DNA from: Minisyncoccia bacterium
GTDB taxonomy: Bacteria > Patescibacteriota > Minisyncoccia > Phycocordibacterales > UBA918
DNA: 64,000 bases
Assembly (NCBI GenBank): GCA_041742075.1
Contig: JBGSJJ010000016.1
Coordinates: 19,128 to 83,127 of the forward strand
Direction of reading: 5' to 3'
Shown in pieces: positions 9,064-18,947 of this stretch. Numbering within the stretch: the first letter of the stretch is position 1; each line of letters begins with the position of its first letter. A program made the translations under genes and the position numbers. A model generated the notes under the pieces. It saw nothing but the letters and a program-made list of their open reading frames with translations, searched no databases and was not told where the DNA came from.

Positions 9064-10362
9064 TTAAATCGGTGAAAGGTAATCGAGCGGATCAAGGTAG
9101 GCTTCGATACCGGCAAATGGTGACAGAGCTGCACCACAACCAGTCACACTCTTGAACTGATTAAAAGCCATCACTTGTACACCAGCACTTACATACAGCG
9201 TGTAGTGAAGGTGTGGTCCGGTTGAGTAACCGGTGTTGCCTACATACCCGACAATGTCACCCGTCTTCACTTCTTGGCCAACCGAGACCGCTACCTGGCT
9301 TTGGTGCGCAAACATAGAAGAGAGACCATTTGGGTGGTCAATTAGTATCCACTTCCCCCATGAGTAACAACCAGGCACAATGTCAGTGTTGCCGACACTG
9401 CGTACACGACCACTTAAGGGCGCATAGATAGGAGTACCTACCGGTGCCCCGAGGTCAAGCCCGTTGTGCTGGTTACCGTTGTAGGCACCAGAGGCGGCAA
9501 AGGCGGTATACCCGAAGCGTTGAGTAATAATCGGATTTGCTACCGGCCACGCCAGTACCCCACTTCCCTTTACCGGGATGGTGTTCGGGTCAAGAATAAA
9601 CTTAATCTTTGATTCAATGTCACGCACTTCAGCGAGGAGTTGATCACGGGCTGATTGCTTATCTTTGAGTATTTGTTGATATGACGCCTCTTCATTTTTC
9701 GTGGCTGAGAGTAGTTGTGACTTCTCAGCTTTATTACTGGAAAGAATACTTTGTTGGTCACTATACTGGTCCTTAAGCGAAAGAAGCTGGTCGCGTTGTT
9801 TGGCGTTTAGTTCGCGATTGTTTAAGAGCGCACTCTTAAGGTCGCCTAGTTCATCTACCTTATCTCCCATACTGGCGCGTACGGTTTCAAGTGACTCAAA
9901 AGCTTCCCAGAAATCGACGATACTATTGTACCGAAGCATTACTTCGATAAGAGATTCATCACTTGCCACATTCATCTGCCTAATGATATGACGGATAGTT
10001 TCTTCATTGGCTCTAATAGACTTCTCTGTTTCAGAAATCTCATAGGAAATTTTACCAATAGTTAAATCAGTGGATTCAATTTTGTTTTCAGTGAACTTTA
10101 TGTCGGCTTCGATTTTCTTACGTTCAAGCTCTAGCTGGTTGATGGCTTTCTGGAGAGTATTTTTTTCAGCGCCTACTTCAAGCAAGGCAGATTCATACTG
10201 AGCAATTTCTTTCTGAATTTCGAGCAAGCGATTGTTGCGATCAGAAATTTGGCTTTGGAGTTTTTCGACTTCAGTTTGGGCAAAGGCAAAAGACCCACCG
10301 AAATAAAAAGCCGGAACAACCAGTAAGCCACATATAAAACCTGCGTATATTCTCGCCTTCAT
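9064..10362 (-). CDS. M23 peptidase with long coiled coil (EnvC/murein hydrolase activator type)
   Basis: Signal peptide, coiled coil, HNGLDLGAPVGTP and STGPHLH motifs. Confidence 0.9.
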   Translation of the reverse strand: MKARIYAGFICGLLVVPAFYFGGSFAFAQTEVEKLQSQISDRNNRLLEIQKEIAQYESALLEVGAEKNTLQKAINQLELERKKIEADIKFTENKIESTDLTIGKISYEISETEKSIRANEETIRHIIRQMNVASDESLIEVMLRYNSIVDFWEAFESLETVRASMGDKVDELGDLKSALLNNRELNAKQRDQLLSLKDQYSDQQSILSSNKAEKSQLLSATKNEEASYQQILKDKQSARDQLLAEVRDIESKIKFILDPNTIPVKGSGVLAWPVANPIITQRFGYTAFAASGAYNGNQHNGLDLGAPVGTPIYAPLSGRVRSVGNTDIVPGCYSWGKWILIDHPNGLSSMFAHQSQVAVSVGQEVKTGDIVGYVGNTGYSTGPHLHYTLYVSAGVQVMAFNQFKSVTGCGAALSPFAGIEAYLDPLDYLSPI

Positions 10363-11822
10363 TACTCCCCTATTTTAACACAGGCAGTCTCTATCCGAGC
10401 CATTGTCTGTGATTTACCTAGGATAAAGGCCACGGTAAACGGGTCAGGTGACTGGGCTTTACCGGTTAAACTAACGCGAAGTGGCCAGAGGAGCTCCCCT
10501 TTACCCACTGTTTCGGCCAAAGGCCACAAACTTGCCTTTAGAGTGTCCGGTGAGCTGAAATCAGCTGTTTTTAGGACCTCAAGCGCTTCTTTAAGGCGCG
10601 GTATGACATCTTGAGTTGAAGCATCATTTTTCCACTTTATCTGTTCCGGATTCTGCTCGGGTTCTGTAAAAACCCAGTCGTACTCCCCTGCTTCGAGCTC
10701 GGTCGTTACTTCAGCTCGGGTGTGCGTTCGTTCACGTAGGGTTGGCACGAGACGAAGAAGTACGTCATCACTATACAAAGAACTAGTTTTAATTTTTTCA
10801 GGAATGCCCGAAAGAATGTACGTTAAAAATTCTTCATGAGAGTATTTTTGTAAGTATTCTTTGTTCATCCAGAGGAGCTTGTCTTCATTAAACGCTCCCC
10901 CACCGCGCTGGATTTTATCAATGGAAAATGCAGTGATAAGTTCGTCTTTTGAAAATAGCTCTTGTTCGGTGCCCGGGTTCCAGCCAATGAGGGCCAAGAA
11001 GTTTATCATTGTTTCAGGTAGGTAGCCTTCAGTTCTGTATTCAAGAACATCTTTTGCGCCGTCACGTTTGCCTAGTTTCTTGGTACGGTCGTCACGAAGT
11101 ATTGGAGGTAATGAAACAAACACTGGGTATGGAATACCAAGAGCGTCGTAAATTGAGAGAAACTTCGGCACACTCGAAATGAACTCATCACCACGCACTA
11201 CATGAGTAACTCCCATTTCAAGGTCATCTATGATGTGGGCAAAGTTATAGGTTGGGTACCCGTCAGCTTTGATAAGGATGATATCGTCAAGCATCTCCGG
11301 ACCAGCTGATAGTTCACCTCGAACTGCGTCAATCCAGGTATAGCGTTTTACCTCAGGTACTTTAAGTCGAAGGGCTTTGGTACCGTCCCATGCTTCGAAC
11401 TCTGCTGGGCGGTGGTCTCGAAATAGAAATGGTCGCTTTTCGGCTTCGGCTTGTGCTCTAAAGGCATCGAGCTCTTCTTGCGAATAGGGGTCAGGATACG
11501 CAAGACCTTTTTGTATGAGTGATTTTGCATACTCTCGATATCTATCAAGTCGCTCTGATTGAATGTTTGATCCCCATGGACCAGGATTTTTTGGTCCATA
11601 GTCAAACTCAATACCAAGCCAACTAAGTGCTTCAATAACGTGGTCGATTGAACCCTCTACCTCACGACTTTTATCAGTATCTTCAATACGCAGTATAAAT
11701 GTACCGTTGTTTTGACGAGCTAGTAGGTATGCAAAAAGTGCTGTTCGCATTCCACCGATATGCTGAAAACCCGTCGGTGACGGAGCGAAGCGGGTTACTA
11801 CTTTTGAATTTATTTCTGGCAT
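10362..11822 (-). CDS. gltX: Glutamate--tRNA ligase
   Basis: RFAPSPTG, HIGG, LRIEDTD, KLGKRDG; likely start is ATG 11822. Confidence 0.97.
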   Translation of the reverse strand: MPEINSKVVTRFAPSPTGFQHIGGMRTALFAYLLARQNNGTFILRIEDTDKSREVEGSIDHVIEALSWLGIEFDYGPKNPGPWGSNIQSERLDRYREYAKSLIQKGLAYPDPYSQEELDAFRAQAEAEKRPFLFRDHRPAEFEAWDGTKALRLKVPEVKRYTWIDAVRGELSAGPEMLDDIILIKADGYPTYNFAHIIDDLEMGVTHVVRGDEFISSVPKFLSIYDALGIPYPVFVSLPPILRDDRTKKLGKRDGAKDVLEYRTEGYLPETMINFLALIGWNPGTEQELFSKDELITAFSIDKIQRGGGAFNEDKLLWMNKEYLQKYSHEEFLTYILSGIPEKIKTSSLYSDDVLLRLVPTLRERTHTRAEVTTELEAGEYDWVFTEPEQNPEQIKWKNDASTQDVIPRLKEALEVLKTADFSSPDTLKASLWPLAETVGKGELLWPLRVSLTGKAQSPDPFTVAFILGKSQTMARIETACVKIGE

Positions 11823-11867
11823 GATATAGGTAATACTTTTTTCAAACACTTACGGTGGTCCCAATAT

Positions 11868-11989
11868 GAGTATGGTCAAAACAGTCTAAGACAAGGCGTG
11901 GGCAACCGAGAAGTGTAGGCGTATTTAAAATACGACGGAACGACGAGGTGGGACCCACAACGCAGTATTAGTCTGTTTTGGACATACTC
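11868..11989. mobile_element. MITE-like structured intergenic element with ~22-bp imperfect terminal inverted repeats
   Basis: GAGTATGGTCAAAACAGTCTAA ... TTAGTCTGTTTTGGACATACTC, with an internal CGTATTT/AAATACG hairpin; abuts the murG stop. Confidence 0.6.
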
Positions 11990-13110
11990 TAGGCGTGTTC
12001 GTTGGCAATTTCGACTATAATTGCAACAATTTTCTCCGCCGCATCCCCCTTGATAAACGCCCCCGCAGCTGTCGCCATACTCGCGTAGTGCTCGCGATTG
12101 TTTAGTATATTCAAAATCTCGGTTGTGAGCAAACCGTCAGTCAAGTTCCCCTCTTCAAGTACATGAGCAGCTCCGGTACGCGCATAAGAATAGGCGTTTG
12201 TGCGCTGGTCATGACTAACAGACTCAGGAATCGGAATCAGAATAGACGGACGCTGTTTATAGGCGATTTCAAAGATGCTGCCGGCGCCAGCTCTTGAGAT
12301 AACCAGAGTGGCCGCTGATTGAGCTAAGTTCATCTCGGTATTGGTAAGCGAACCTTTCACAAAGTAACGACCAAGGAGCGTTTCGTCCTTGATAAGGGGT
12401 ATCGCTGTTGCCCTGACTCTCTCCTCAGCGTCGCTACCAGTTTGGTGCAAAATGGTGAAATGCGGGAGTAGTTCATCAAGTGACTGCAGAATGAGCATAT
12501 TGAGACGTTCGGCTCCGAGTGAACCACCGGTCACAAACAAGAGTGGCTTATCGGTAGGCAGACCAAGCTGTTCAGCCGGTCTGTCAACGGCCATAGTGAT
12601 TTCAGTGCGGAGCGGTACCCCGGTTAAGGCAGTTTTCTCCGGCGGAAAAAACTCGGCTACTTCAGGAAACGAAATAGCAATGTAGCGAGCAAACCGACCA
12701 GCGATTTTGTTCGCAATACCAGGTCGACTGTCTGACTCGTGAACGACAACTGGTATCCGCAGAAACCAAGCAGCCAAGGTTACTGGCACACTGGTGTACC
12801 CACCTTTGCTAAAGATAACGTCGGGATAGAGCGAGTAGAGTTTGCCAATGGCTACAAAAATCCCATAAAAGGTGGTGAAGTAGTCCAAGTAATTCTGCAA
12901 TGAAAAGTACCGTCGCTTCTTCCCTGCCGGGCAGTAGATGTAGGTTATCTGGTATGCATCAAGGTCAGCCTGCTTATAGGGATCAGGACCCATGTAGTAC
13001 AGCTCAATTTCGTTACTGATTTCACTATGGAGTCGGATGTGTTGGGCCACGGCAATCAAGGGGTGGAAGTGACCACCCGTACCGCCACCGACTAAAAGAA
13101 TACGCTTCAT
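11989..13110 (-). CDS. murG: Undecaprenyl-PP-MurNAc-pentapeptide GlcNAc transferase
   Basis: GGGTGGH, KGGYTSVP, HESD, GGSLGA, SRAG and HDQ..NA motifs. Confidence 0.95.
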   Translation of the reverse strand: MKRILLVGGGTGGHFHPLIAVAQHIRLHSEISNEIELYYMGPDPYKQADLDAYQITYIYCPAGKKRRYFSLQNYLDYFTTFYGIFVAIGKLYSLYPDVIFSKGGYTSVPVTLAAWFLRIPVVVHESDSRPGIANKIAGRFARYIAISFPEVAEFFPPEKTALTGVPLRTEITMAVDRPAEQLGLPTDKPLLFVTGGSLGAERLNMLILQSLDELLPHFTILHQTGSDAEERVRATAIPLIKDETLLGRYFVKGSLTNTEMNLAQSAATLVISRAGAGSIFEIAYKQRPSILIPIPESVSHDQRTNAYSYARTGAAHVLEEGNLTDGLLTTEILNILNNREHYASMATAAGAFIKGDAAEKIVAIIVEIANEHA

Positions 13111-13143
13111 AAATTACTTACGTTTGATGTATTGTAGCACGCA

Positions 13144-14250
13144 CTATGGGTTACGCTTCTGATATTTTGACACATTGAGTACAATCCCCACCGAAGCGAG
13201 TGTGGTTAAAAGCGCCGTCCCGCCATGACTAATAAACGGGAGCGGTAGTCCCATGAGTGGTGCAATGTTTATCATGGACGCGATGTTTAAAAAAGCCTGC
13301 ACGACTATTAGTGTCATAAAGCCCACAACAAGAAGCATGCCAAATAAGTCAGTAGCGTGTGAAGCTATCCGGTAGCCCCGAAAGGTAAAGGCTGCAAAGA
13401 GTGCAATTAAAAAGGTGCTACCCAAAAACCCAAACTCTTCTGAGTACACCGCAAAAATTGAGTCGCCGATTGGTTCAGGTAAAAACTCAAACTTCTGCAC
13501 GCTCTGGCCAAATCCCCTACCAGCAAATCCGCCAGTACCCACTGCGATTAATGATTGTTGTATTTGGTAACTCGAGCCGAGCGTGTCTTGGTTGGGGTTA
13601 AAAAAAGTGGTAAAGCGTTCCATGACGTATGGTCGCATGAAGGCCAGGACAGTGATTAAGATAACAGCCGAGAGGACGATCAGGGCAATGTCTCGAAAGC
13701 GAGCCCCAGCGGTAAAAAACATAGCCATGGCCGCAATACCCATCAGTACAAAGGTATCAGTGTCTGGTTGCTTAAGGAGTATTACGCCGATGACACCGGT
13801 AATACCGACAAAAGGCAATACTCCGTGCGTGAGCGAATGGATGTTTTTTTGCACTCCAGACAGAAAGGTGGCCATATAGATGATGAAACCAATCTTAAGC
13901 AGTTCGGCTGGTTGCATGGTAAACCCGCCAAGTGATATCCAACGACTTGCTCCGCCGTGCGAAAAGCCAATGCCTGGTACAAACACCAAAAGTGTTAGAA
14001 CAATGCACGCTAAAAATATGTAAAAGGCATACTTTCGGAGGTGTCGATAATGAATCTGACTCGTTAAAAAGAGTGCACAACTCCCCCCAATAATACCAAA
14101 CACGAGCTGACTAAACGCCACCGAAGAAAAAGAGGCTCCTTCACGCGCCAAGAGTCCCAGGGAAGCTGAGGTAAAAATTAAAAACCCAATCACGGTCAGG
14201 GCAATAATGATACCGAGGAGGGTTCTATCAATTGGATGTGGAGTGTTCAT
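13144..14250 (-). CDS. ftsW: SEDS peptidoglycan polymerase FtsW
   Basis: GASRW, QPAELLK, QPD, LPEP..DSIF, LPFISHGG; located between mraY and murG. Confidence 0.9.
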   Translation of the reverse strand: MNTPHPIDRTLLGIIIALTVIGFLIFTSASLGLLAREGASFSSVAFSQLVFGIIGGSCALFLTSQIHYRHLRKYAFYIFLACIVLTLLVFVPGIGFSHGGASRWISLGGFTMQPAELLKIGFIIYMATFLSGVQKNIHSLTHGVLPFVGITGVIGVILLKQPDTDTFVLMGIAAMAMFFTAGARFRDIALIVLSAVILITVLAFMRPYVMERFTTFFNPNQDTLGSSYQIQQSLIAVGTGGFAGRGFGQSVQKFEFLPEPIGDSIFAVYSEEFGFLGSTFLIALFAAFTFRGYRIASHATDLFGMLLVVGFMTLIVVQAFLNIASMINIAPLMGLPLPFISHGGTALLTTLASVGIVLNVSKYQKRNP

Positions 14251-14254
14251 AGCT

Positions 14255-15316
14255 TTACGCGATTGAAGCTAGGGCAATACCAATAATGGCGCAGATAATG
14301 CTTATGACCCAGTAGCGCATAGTCACCTTATAGGGTGGCCAACCAATCGCTTCAAAGTGGTGATGGAGTGGTGCAATTCTAAAAAACTTTTTACCCGTCA
14401 CTTTGCGATACCCAATCTGTATGACGTTCGAGGCAACGGTAGCAATAAGCGGTAATCCAATAATCGCAAAGAGGGCTATCCCGTGCCCGTTGCCTAAATT
14501 GTCAGTCATAAACACCACGACCGCCAGCGTGAGCGTGAGCGCCATACTGCCGGTTTCGGTCATCCAAAACCGGGCGGGTGGAATATTGAACCAGAGAAAC
14601 GCTAAGATGGCTCCGGCGATGGTGGCCGAAAAAGCGGCTAAGTCATACTGTGACTGAATAAACGCTACTCCGGTGTAGGCGCCAAACACTGCTACAAAGA
14701 CCCCACCGGAGAGTCCATCTATCCCGTCTATAACGCCACTGGCATAGAGAGCATTCGTCAGCAAAATAAAAAACGGAATAATCAGTATACCGATAAATAA
14801 TTCCCCACCAAACGGTATACCGATACTCGATACGTCGAGCTTGAAGTAAAACCAGGAGGCTATCATGGTTGCTAAGACTGTTACAAACACAATCCGCGTA
14901 CGCAAACGAATCCCCTTTCCCATATGGGTAACGTCGTAGTAATCGTTTATAAAACCAACAAACGCTCCGATAAAAAGAACCGATAGTGGTATCCAGGTCT
15001 GAGAACGGCTAAAAAAATCGAGTTGCGCAAAAATACTTTCTGGGAAGATTTGCTTCAAACTAAAGAGTAAGAAGACGGTAATAAAGACACTCCCCCAAAT
15101 GACGATGCCACCCATGCGGGGAGTGCGAGTCTCCTCTTCCCCTTTGATACGATTAAACTCGGTTGCCACGTGTCCGCCAACTGCAATTTTTCCGCCCACT
15201 TTTTTCCAAACCTTATAGTGGTACAAATAATGAGTAATAAGCGGAGTGAGTAAGATACCAACACAAAATGCAATCGCGGTTGGAGCAAACACCTTAACTA
15301 AAAGAATCGATTCCAT
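14255..15316 (-). CDS. mraY: Phospho-N-acetylmuramoyl-pentapeptide transferase
   Basis: TPRMGG, DGIDGL, FLWFNIPPA, APLHHHFE. Confidence 0.93.
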   Translation of the reverse strand: MESILLVKVFAPTAIAFCVGILLTPLITHYLYHYKVWKKVGGKIAVGGHVATEFNRIKGEEETRTPRMGGIVIWGSVFITVFLLFSLKQIFPESIFAQLDFFSRSQTWIPLSVLFIGAFVGFINDYYDVTHMGKGIRLRTRIVFVTVLATMIASWFYFKLDVSSIGIPFGGELFIGILIIPFFILLTNALYASGVIDGIDGLSGGVFVAVFGAYTGVAFIQSQYDLAAFSATIAGAILAFLWFNIPPARFWMTETGSMALTLTLAVVVFMTDNLGNGHGIALFAIIGLPLIATVASNVIQIGYRKVTGKKFFRIAPLHHHFEAIGWPPYKVTMRYWVISIICAIIGIALASIA

Positions 15317-15317
15317 A

Positions 15318-16352
15318 TTATTCAGTCTGACCGGCGAGTAGTTTATTAGTTGTTTCAAGTAGTTCTATCACGTCGGTGAAACGATCGTACTGGGTAGAAC
15401 CCAGCGCCACGATGACAATCGGTCGATTGAGACCAGCGTCATAGGCTACGACGAGGTTCCCTCCCGCCAAGTCGGTATAGCCAGTTTTTGAACCCAAGAG
15501 ACCAGGGATTTCATCAATAAAGAAGTTAGTATTTTCTGCGTCAACATACTCCCCATTGTCAGCAAATATACGGGCGTTTGGGTCTTGGGTGAGCGCTAGT
15601 ATTTCCGGCTCATGCTTAAGAATGTACTCCATTAAAAAGGCCACATCTTTAGCTGAGCCATAGCCCCCCGCTTCGCTACTTGAGACATCAAGACCAGTCG
15701 GATTATTAAACCGCATACCAGTAAGACCAATCTCTTCAGCGCGGACATTCATAGCTGCGACAAAGGCCTGAGGGGCACTTTCGGTCTGTAGTTGTCTACC
15801 AGCAGTGGCAGCCAGCGCATAGGCGCCATCGTTTGAGGAAGCCATCATGACTAAATTTGTGAGAGCTTTCTGACTAAAAATAGTACCGACACCAAGACCA
15901 CTGGCACTTTCTTGACGTGAGGCTTCAGGACCAATGGTGACTTTGGCCTCTTCTGAAAGAAGTTCGTGCGCTACCAAGGCAGTCATGAGTTTCGTGAGTG
16001 ACGCCAGTGGTACGGACTCATTTTCATTTTTTGCGAAGAGGGCTTGTTGCGTAGTGATGTCCCACACAAAGGCTGAACTGGCAGTGATGTCAGTTTCTTG
16101 AAATGCCAACGCCTGCGCTTCTTTAGTGGTGCCACCAGGAAGGGCTGTTGGTGCACTTAAACTTGCTACGGCGAGGTTGGTGTCTTTGTTTTTTAGATAC
16201 GCCACGAGTGACGAAGTAAGCGCACCGCCAAGTAAGAGAAACAAAAGTGCACCTAAAATGAGGAGTTGAGGCTTTACGGGTATTCGAGAAACCGCTCCCG
16301 TTTCAGAAACAGTAGGTAGGACAATCGGTGAGTCAGTGTCGCGGAAATCCAT
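15318..16352 (-). CDS. D-Ala-D-Ala carboxypeptidase (peptidase S11)
   Basis: ASLTK (SxxK), SSN, NPTGL, KTG motifs. Confidence 0.9.
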   Translation of the reverse strand: MDFRDTDSPIVLPTVSETGAVSRIPVKPQLLILGALLFLLLGGALTSSLVAYLKNKDTNLAVASLSAPTALPGGTTKEAQALAFQETDITASSAFVWDITTQQALFAKNENESVPLASLTKLMTALVAHELLSEEAKVTIGPEASRQESASGLGVGTIFSQKALTNLVMMASSNDGAYALAATAGRQLQTESAPQAFVAAMNVRAEEIGLTGMRFNNPTGLDVSSSEAGGYGSAKDVAFLMEYILKHEPEILALTQDPNARIFADNGEYVDAENTNFFIDEIPGLLGSKTGYTDLAGGNLVVAYDAGLNRPIVIVALGSTQYDRFTDVIELLETTNKLLAGQTE

Positions 16353-16354
16353 AT

Positions 16355-16888
16355 TTATTCTGATTCTTTTGCCAGTTGTACCTCAAACGCCTCGAGGGTG
16401 TCGAGGACTTTGGCGTACTCGGGTAGTTCAGCTTTTGTGGTAACTCCGAGGTGTGCCAAGAGAGCTGGCGTAACGGTAAACACATTCCCTTTCCCGACTT
16501 GTTCGCGCGCTACCAGTCCACGTACCAGGAGGTTGCGCAGAATGAACGCCGAGTTCACTCCGCGAATCCGGTCTATCTCGGCACGTGAGACAGGACCCTT
16601 ATAGAGCACAATGGCGAGCGTTTCCGCTCCCGCCTTCCCGATGTCGCGTTTCATTTCGTCACGACGAATACTTTCAATGAGTTGATCAAGTTCAGGTGCT
16701 GTCACTAGTTCGAGTTCGCTGTCAGTTATGAGTAGTCTGGTTGCTCCCGCTTGTAGCCTTGTTTGGAGTGACAAAGCAGAGGCTTTAATGTCGTCTTCAG
16801 TCACCGCAAACAGCTTCGCCAAAGCGACTATTTTAAGTGGGGTGGCTTTATAGAAAAGCAACCCTTCGATTTGGGTATCAAGTGGCAT
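16355..16888 (-). CDS. scpB: SMC-Scp complex subunit ScpB
   Basis: ETLAIVLYKGPVSRAEIDRIRGVNS; start at ATG 16888. Confidence 0.93.
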   Translation of the reverse strand: MPLDTQIEGLLFYKATPLKIVALAKLFAVTEDDIKASALSLQTRLQAGATRLLITDSELELVTAPELDQLIESIRRDEMKRDIGKAGAETLAIVLYKGPVSRAEIDRIRGVNSAFILRNLLVRGLVAREQVGKGNVFTVTPALLAHLGVTTKAELPEYAKVLDTLEAFEVQLAKESE

Positions 16889-16976
16889 TCTTCGTACTAT
16901 AGCACAGAAAACACCACGTAAATAAGCCATTTTTTACCGTACCTGTTGACAAATCCGACTAGTCTTTGTCGAATGC

Positions 16977-17005
16977 TTGACAGGTATACGTAAGTATGCT
17001 ACTAT
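16977..17005 (+). promoter_or_regulatory. Near-consensus sigma70 promoter
   Basis: TTGACA-17 nt-TACTAT with extended -10 TG. Confidence 0.8.
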
Positions 17006-17053
17006 AGATGTGTTGCGAGCCATGAGGGCACGTAACAAACACGGAGGCTACGA

Positions 17054-17200
17054 ATGAAGAGTCCCCCCGACCTGACCCACATGTGCAGCGAAGCGAAGAA
17101 TGTGCGCACCACCATCGGCCAGACCGGCGACCCGGGCGACAGCAAGCTCGACGTGACCTCGATCGACTACGGCGCGGGCGCCGCCCACCCCGAGACCTGA
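17054..17200 (+). CDS. Small 48-aa protein MKSPPDLTHMCSEAKNVRTTIGQTGDPGDSKLDVTSIDYGAGAAHPET (not in ORF track)
   Basis: GGAGG SD 6 nt upstream, almost all codons end in G/C, upstream promoter. Confidence 0.65.
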   Translation: MKSPPDLTHMCSEAKNVRTTIGQTGDPGDSKLDVTSIDYGAGAAHPET

Positions 17201-17516
17201 CGGTCGACGGCGACTCGACGAGGCCGCGCATAAAGGCGAGATTTGATAGCGACCTGTTCGCATGACCAACCTCGGCCTTTCGCGGCCGCTTCTCGGCAGA
17301 TGACTGTCGAGAAAAAACGGAGGGGTTTGGCGCGACGCCAACCCCTCCAGCCACAATCGGCGCAACAGGGAGAGACTCCCATGAAGATGTTCCTTTGTAT
17401 ATAGTTTCCGTGTGACCGCGCAAGAGTGCGGGTAAAACGGAGCGCTGCCACAAGCAGCACGGTTGGCCAATCCGCGTATTGGCTGGGCGCAATTGTTAAC
17501 TCAATTGCGCTCTTTT
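17201..17516 (+). ncRNA. Candidate structured RNA / long structured 3' UTR of unknown class
   Basis: At least 7 consecutive hairpins, G-U pairs mostly favour the + strand, ends in terminator GGGCGCAATTG/CAATTGCGCTC-TTTT. Confidence 0.45.
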
Positions 17517-17567
17517 CTATGTTATAAACTTACTTATCAATAGTGCAAAGATTCGTATGTATATGTA

Positions 17568-17627
17568 CAAGGCCGGACCTTGACCAGTCTAACTAGCTTT
17601 AACTTTGTTCAAAGTCCGGCCTTGACC
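17568..17627. repeat. Inverted doublet of the (GGT)CAAGGCCGGACCTTGACC REP-like palindrome
   Basis: CAAGGCCGGACCTTGACCAG ... TCAAAGTCCGGCCTTGACC; same family as 34720 and 35160. Confidence 0.8.
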
Positions 17628-17710
17628 GTTTGGGTGAGGAAGCATTTGACATTGATCAGACTCATGTGTTTACTTGTTGGTGGGAAAAGCGAACTGAAGG
17701 AGGTGACAGC

Positions 17711-18001
17711 ATGGTTACTCAGGTAATTGGTTGTGAGGAATTGGTTCGGCGGGCCGTAGCCGGAAATGTCCTTAAGATACACATGTGTTCAGGATGCGTT
17801 TATTCGAGTAAAATCCTTGGGGTTACCGTGGACCAAGCTGGAGTAATGGTTTTTCAGCTTTGTGCGGATATGACTTCGTTTTCGATTCGAGCTGACGAAT
17901 GTCTCCATGCTGGCGGTACATTCCAAGCCACGCTTGGTAAGGAGCTCAGCTACCTCGGAAGGGATGTGTGCTATTTTAAACTAGTAGAGCCAACTGAATA
18001 A
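17711..18001 (+). CDS. Hypothetical protein (cassette)
   Basis: TTGACA promoter at 17646-17674, GGAGGTG SD, hairpin GTGTGCGCCC/GGGCGCACAC at 18012-18035. Confidence 0.7.
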   Translation: MVTQVIGCEELVRRAVAGNVLKIHMCSGCVYSSKILGVTVDQAGVMVFQLCADMTSFSIRADECLHAGGTFQATLGKELSYLGRDVCYFKLVEPTE

Positions 18002-18069
18002 AATAACCAGGGTGTGCGCCCACTTGGGCGCACACAAAGCTGTTTCCTAGCAACCCTTGCTAGGATTTT

Positions 18070-18813
18070 TTAATGGTATTTAGGCAAACCTACTTTGTCT
18101 CGCTCTATCTCAATGTCCGCAAAGCGTTCTCGTTGTTCGGCGAGTATACTCCCCTGCTTGACTGATTCTAGGATAGCGAGAAAGCCCACAATCATATGAG
18201 TGCGTTCGGAAGAGTCTTCGAGGAGTTCCCGTAAGGTGGTCTTTAGTTGTTTTTCAATCCGTACGTGGAGACGAGCAATCATTTCTTCAATCGAGATGAC
18301 GGTGCGGACTTGCACTTTTGGTTTTACTTCTTTGACGGGAAGGTTGTGAAGTACATCATGTATGGCGGACTGCAAGCTTGCGAGCGTAGTGAAGTTGTCG
18401 GTTACAAACAGTGGTTCAGTGGGTGGTGTAAACTCTCGGCTATGCATGAGCTTCTTTCCAAAGCATTCGAGCACGAGCTTTCCGGCATCACGATAGATCT
18501 GGTAGAGGCGGAGCCTGGCTTCGAGGTCGTCTATCCCCGCTACTTCTTCATCGGTTAGTTCAAGGACTGGCAAAAGTGACTTTGACTTAATCAAAAGTAG
18601 TGTCGCAGCGAGTTGGACAAACTGCGTGGTGTTAGGAAGCGAACGTTCCTGCATTTCGCTGACGGTGCGAATATACTCATCAGTTACTTCAGCGAGGCTG
18701 ATGTCATTAATAAGTAGTTTCCGTCGCTCGACGAGGTCCAAAAGAAGTTCGAGCGGACCCTCAAACACAGCCGTTTTGATAGCAAAGGTTGGAATAGTGA
18801 CAATATCGTCCAT
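18070..18813 (-). CDS. scpA: Segregation and condensation protein A
   Basis: FEGPLELLL, ISLAEVTDEY, LLLIKSKSLLP, FLAILE. Confidence 0.95.
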   Translation of the reverse strand: MDDIVTIPTFAIKTAVFEGPLELLLDLVERRKLLINDISLAEVTDEYIRTVSEMQERSLPNTTQFVQLAATLLLIKSKSLLPVLELTDEEVAGIDDLEARLRLYQIYRDAGKLVLECFGKKLMHSREFTPPTEPLFVTDNFTTLASLQSAIHDVLHNLPVKEVKPKVQVRTVISIEEMIARLHVRIEKQLKTTLRELLEDSSERTHMIVGFLAILESVKQGSILAEQRERFADIEIERDKVGLPKYH

Positions 18814-18947
18814 ATTCTTTCAATAGTAGCATAATGAGTAACCACTATTTTGTGAGCAAAATAGGAAAAGTAAGGTACTTTTGACTTTAAGTATAATATA
18901 TGATATAGTCTTAGAGAAAAGTACACGTGAAATTGAAAGGATCCACA

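Noticed and set aside
17295-17320. AGATGACTGTC resembling the RNase P RNA 3' region
   Set aside because: No GAGGAAAGTC 5' motif or AACCCGGCTTA 3' motif.
16959-17492. Overlapping minus-strand ORFs and the 60-aa plus-strand ORF
   Set aside because: GC-rich shadows; promoter, SD and codon bias support 17054-17200 instead.
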